NCBI GenBank assembly: GCA_026025075.1 | Contig: JAPEUI010000147.1 | Location: 1 to 35,716 of the forward strand | Direction of reading: 5' to 3' | Origin: Vezdaea acicularis | Lineage: Eukaryota | Length of the DNA: 35,716 nucleotides | Shown here: positions 32,571 to 35,716 of the stretch, in pieces | How the letters are laid out: the number at the start of each line of letters is the position of its first letter | How positions within the stretch are numbered: position 1 is the first letter of the stretch | The notes under the pieces: model-generated | Told to the model about the DNA's origin: nothing | Database searches by the model: none | The model's input: the letters and a program-made list of their open reading frames with translations, nothing else | Translations under genes and position numbers: made by a program

Positions 32571-34098
32571 TCACGAATGGTTGCTCTCCTTATCTACTTC
32601 AACCTGGTCTTTTTTCCACTCCTCAAAGTTGAAGCCGAGCTCCTCCATTCTGATGATTTTATGTCTGGCCTCCCCAGCGTTCGCAAATGCTGCCCTTATA
32701 AGGAAGAATCTCCCGTCAGCTCTTATCCATCGTTCTTTCTCGCCCCATACAGGAGGTATTCTCCCTTTGGCGGTTGAACCCGCCGATATTACCCAGTCAT
32801 GCAGTTCATCGACATAGTCGGCATCTTGAGGGTAATCTAGCATCTGAAATTTCTTCCCAGAGCCGTGCACTGCAATCCTCTCCTGTTCCCAACGTTCCAT
32901 TTCCCCTTGGCTTGGGAGCTGAATCTTGTTCGCCCACACCTTTGACATAGCTGCGGATTGCCCTTCAGCAATCAAAAAAGGGACAATTTTGGCCATTGCG
33001 CCGATGAAGGCTATTGTGGGATGTCGATTGAAGAAAATATGTTGGTATAGATGCTGGATCCGTTGACCATCTGATATGAGAGATGGCCGAATCGAGGACA
33101 AGAAAGGGAGCGAATAAAGATATCCCGTACCAAACACGATTGCATCGATATCGGATTCAATCCGTCCGTCCGCGAACTTGACGCTTCTTCCCTCTTCTAA
33201 GAACTCAACTATCTCGGGCACATGATCCTTTTCGACCGCAGAGACTGCTGCATGAGGCCCCTTTGACCTTTCTGATGCCAAAACTTTGCCTTTGCAAACA
33301 AAACTGATCTGAGCACCGATGTCCATGGCGGAAGCGAAGCTGCCAACAATAATGACTTTTTTACCCCTAAATGGCTCTGCATTGCGAAAGGACTTGGCGT
33401 GAGAAATCGCCCCTGGATATTTCTCATTCCATTGGCGTATCCCTTTGATATCCGGAAGATATGGCACAGCAAAGTGACCATTAGCTACGACGATTGCATC
33501 ATACTCTTGTGTCGTCTCGACTACGTCGACGGATGCCAGATTCCTTGCCTTTACCACCCATCTATCGTGCGGCCCATCCGCAAGGAGTTTCACGTCTAGA
33601 ACCTGTGTGCGAAATCTAATGAGATGGTAGACATCTTTGCTATACTGTCGAACATAATCCATGACCTCCTCGTAGGGGGGAAACAGCTGTGTGCCCTCTG
33701 GCCAATCCAGATCTGATGTTCGCATGATAGAAATAGGAATATTCGTTTCCAACTTGTCATAAATGGGTGCAACAAATACTGGCTCTCCATTCCGTTGGTT
33801 GTTCCTGCGTAGGGGTTCCTCGACAGGATGGTGCGGAGTAGTCTGTGGAACTCTTTGCAGGCCGTCGATGTTCTCAGATGTGTAAAGCCATGTCCCACCT
33901 ACATCGCCCTTTTGCTCAAATATGTCAATCTCACCAAAAGCGTCTTCCGCACGAAGATATCTGTCGATTGGTTACTAACGAGCCAGGACTGGGATATATA
34001 AAGGGAGAGTTGGCTAACTTAGCCGCAGCAAGACCGCCGGGTCCGGCACCGATAATGGCGATTCTTCTAACATGAAATTGTTGCGGCATTGGCCCCAT
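32571..34098 (-). CDS. Flavin-containing (thiol-specific FMO1-like) monooxygenase; exons 34098-34019, 33960-32571
   Basis: Motifs are FAD-binding IAIIGAGPGG, FEQKGDVGGTW, YDKLETNIP, VVANGHF, the FMO motif YPGAISHAKSF, the NADPH motif VGSFASA and GTGY. The intron is 34018-33961. Confidence 0.92.
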
Positions 34099-34488
34099 TA
34101 TGGACAGTATAAGCTGCGGGTGATACAACAAGAACACAAAGGGAAGATACGATCCTTATTCCAAAAAAGAACCCCCGAAGGTATATACGGCTTTAAGACC
34201 CTAAGCATCGGCCTTAAATCAAAAAGCTACTGCAAGCTGCTGATGTGACCATCTGCCCCTGCAGCTACATGGCACATGCGAGTCACACATCACGTAATCT
34301 CGCACCGGCAACAATATTTCCAGGAGTGTCAGGGGTTCCAATCTTGAGAACAGGCAATTTGTTGATGCTATGACGCACTTATCTCTCTTGGCCCGATTCA
34401 TCAGGGGTGACTCCGATTGGTTGGATGTAGGACAAGCCTCCGATTGGCCACAGCTCAAAGTATTGTGAAAATCGTAGCGGAAAGGTTT

Positions 34489-34514
34489 CCGCGTTCGTAT
34501 GCCCCCAGACGCGT
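34489..34514. promoter_or_regulatory. MCB (MluI cell-cycle box) elements upstream of thymidylate kinase
   Basis: ACGCGT lies at 34509-34514 and CCGCGT at 34489-34494, within 100 bp of the ATG of a dTTP-synthesis gene. Confidence 0.5.
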
Positions 34515-34589
34515 CCCGCATTTGGACCTCGGCGTGCTATCGGGAATTGCAGTTTCACCAAAGGCATCAAGTAATCCTCGTTGCTCAAC

Positions 34590-35580
34590 ATGGCCTCCTC
34601 TCCGGAACCTCCAGCCACAGTTCCGCCATCCTCGTCAACCCCAAGTACCCCGTCTCAACGCGGCCTCCTCATCCTTCTCGAAGGCCTTGACAAGTCTGGG
34701 AAATCCACCCAATGCGCCCTTCTGCAGAAGCATTTAGAGTCCATTGGGCAAAAAGCGGTGATCCAGCGCTTTCCCGGTACGTTTGTATTTATCTCCAATG
34801 TCCGATACAGAGGACTGGATTCCTCTAACCCTCTGCCCTCTCCACTCAATTGCAGCTGCCCTTCCTCCAATATCGCATAACTAACCCCCCCCCCCCAACC
34901 CACACCACTGACCCTCAACAGACCGCACCACCCCAATCGGCGACCTCATAAACGCCTACCTCCTGAACCAGCTCTCCCTGCCCAGTCCGGCAATCCACCT
35001 GCTCTTCACGTCCAACAGATGGGAACTCGCCTCCACCATTTCCTCCACGCTCGCCAGCGGCACCCACGTCATCCTCGACCGCTACGTCCCCTCCAACCTC
35101 GTCTTCACCCTCGCCAAAGAGAACTCTGCGTCCAATATCGAGCTGGGCTCCACCAAAGACGTCTTGGGAGAAAAGGCTTCCACAGCAGCGAGGATCGTCC
35201 AGCTGGCCACCCCCGAGCTCGGCCTACCCCTGCCGGACTTGACATTCCATCTCCATCTCGATCCACAGACGGCTGCGAAACGCGGGGCTGGCTTCGGCAC
35301 GGAAAGGTACGAGACCATTGACTATCAGACGTGGGCGCATTACCTCTGGGGCTACGTTGCCGGCTGGTGGGATAGTTGGGGCGGGTGCTGGATCACCGTT
35401 GAAGCCAGTCGGACGCCCGAGGAGGTGCAGGAGGAGATTGTGGCGCGCGTTAGGCTGGCGCTGCAGGAGGAGAGGGGGGAGCTTGGGAAGGTTGGGGGGG
35501 AGCTCGGGAAGGGTGGAAGGCAGCCCGAGAAAGTTGGTGGGAAGCCCGGGAAAGTCGGTGCAAAGTCGCGTCAAGCCTGA
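34590..35580 (+). CDS. CDC8: Thymidylate kinase (divergent); exons 34590-34776, 34922-35580
   Basis: The P-loop is RGLLILLEGLDKSGKSTQ. RFP-DRTTPIG is joined across intron 34777-34921. IHLLFTSNRWE, LDRY, PELGLPLPDL and GFGTERYE follow. Confidence 0.9.
35476..35559 (+). repeat. Degenerate 21-nt tandem repeat (4 copies) at the 3' end of thymidylate kinase
   Basis: The units are ggggagcttgggaaggttggg, ggggagctcgggaagggtgga, aggcagcccgagaaagttggt and gggaagcccgggaaagtcggt. They encode GELGKVG, GELGKGG, RQPEKVG and GKPGKVG. Confidence 0.8.
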
Positions 35581-35678
35581 AGCTTGAACAGCGGCGATTT
35601 GGCTAGAGTAGTCTTGCGTGATTGCTATATGCCGACGCCCCTAAGTGTCTGGGGGAATAGTCCTAGGCTGACAGGACC

Positions 35679-35679
<1 letters not shown>

Positions 35680-35709
<30 letters not shown>
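35680..35709. repeat. Poly-C homopolymer (~30 nt) at the window end
   Basis: Directly visible. A shorter C12 run lies at 34885-34896, in the thymidylate kinase intron. Confidence 0.95.
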
Positions 35710-35711
<2 letters not shown>

Positions 35712-35716
35712 AAAAC

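Noticed and set aside
35680..35716. Poly-C end interpreted as a telomere
   Set aside because: It is a homopolymer, not TTAGGG/CCCTAA repeats, and more likely marks an assembly break at a C-run.

Overview
Compact, intron-containing fungal (Pezizomycotina-type ascomycete) genomic DNA with about 18 protein-coding genes. Most are housekeeping genes: ferredoxin YAH1, UGO1, hapX, COG2, MRPL1, GUS1, RRP15, SRP54, an NADP-dependent alcohol dehydrogenase, a DUF4048 protein, TIM22, QTRT2, an HDA2/3-domain protein, an FMO and thymidylate kinase. Three genes are poorly characterised: a secreted Cys-rich protein, a ~1,120-aa protein with a POT1-type OB fold at its C-terminus, and a spliced ~95-aa microprotein that the ORF track misses. 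Other notable signals are paired SreA-type GATA motifs upstream of hapX, a GC-AG intron, apparently decayed chromodomain-like 5' exons upstream of the HDA2/3 gene, strict strand alternation over 15 genes, and sharp C-rich to G-rich switches inside several genes. I found no rRNA, tRNA, CRISPR array or intact transposon. Exon boundaries were read by eye and gene identities come from remembered motifs, not database searches. No clearly new multi-gene system is demonstrable from the sequence alone.
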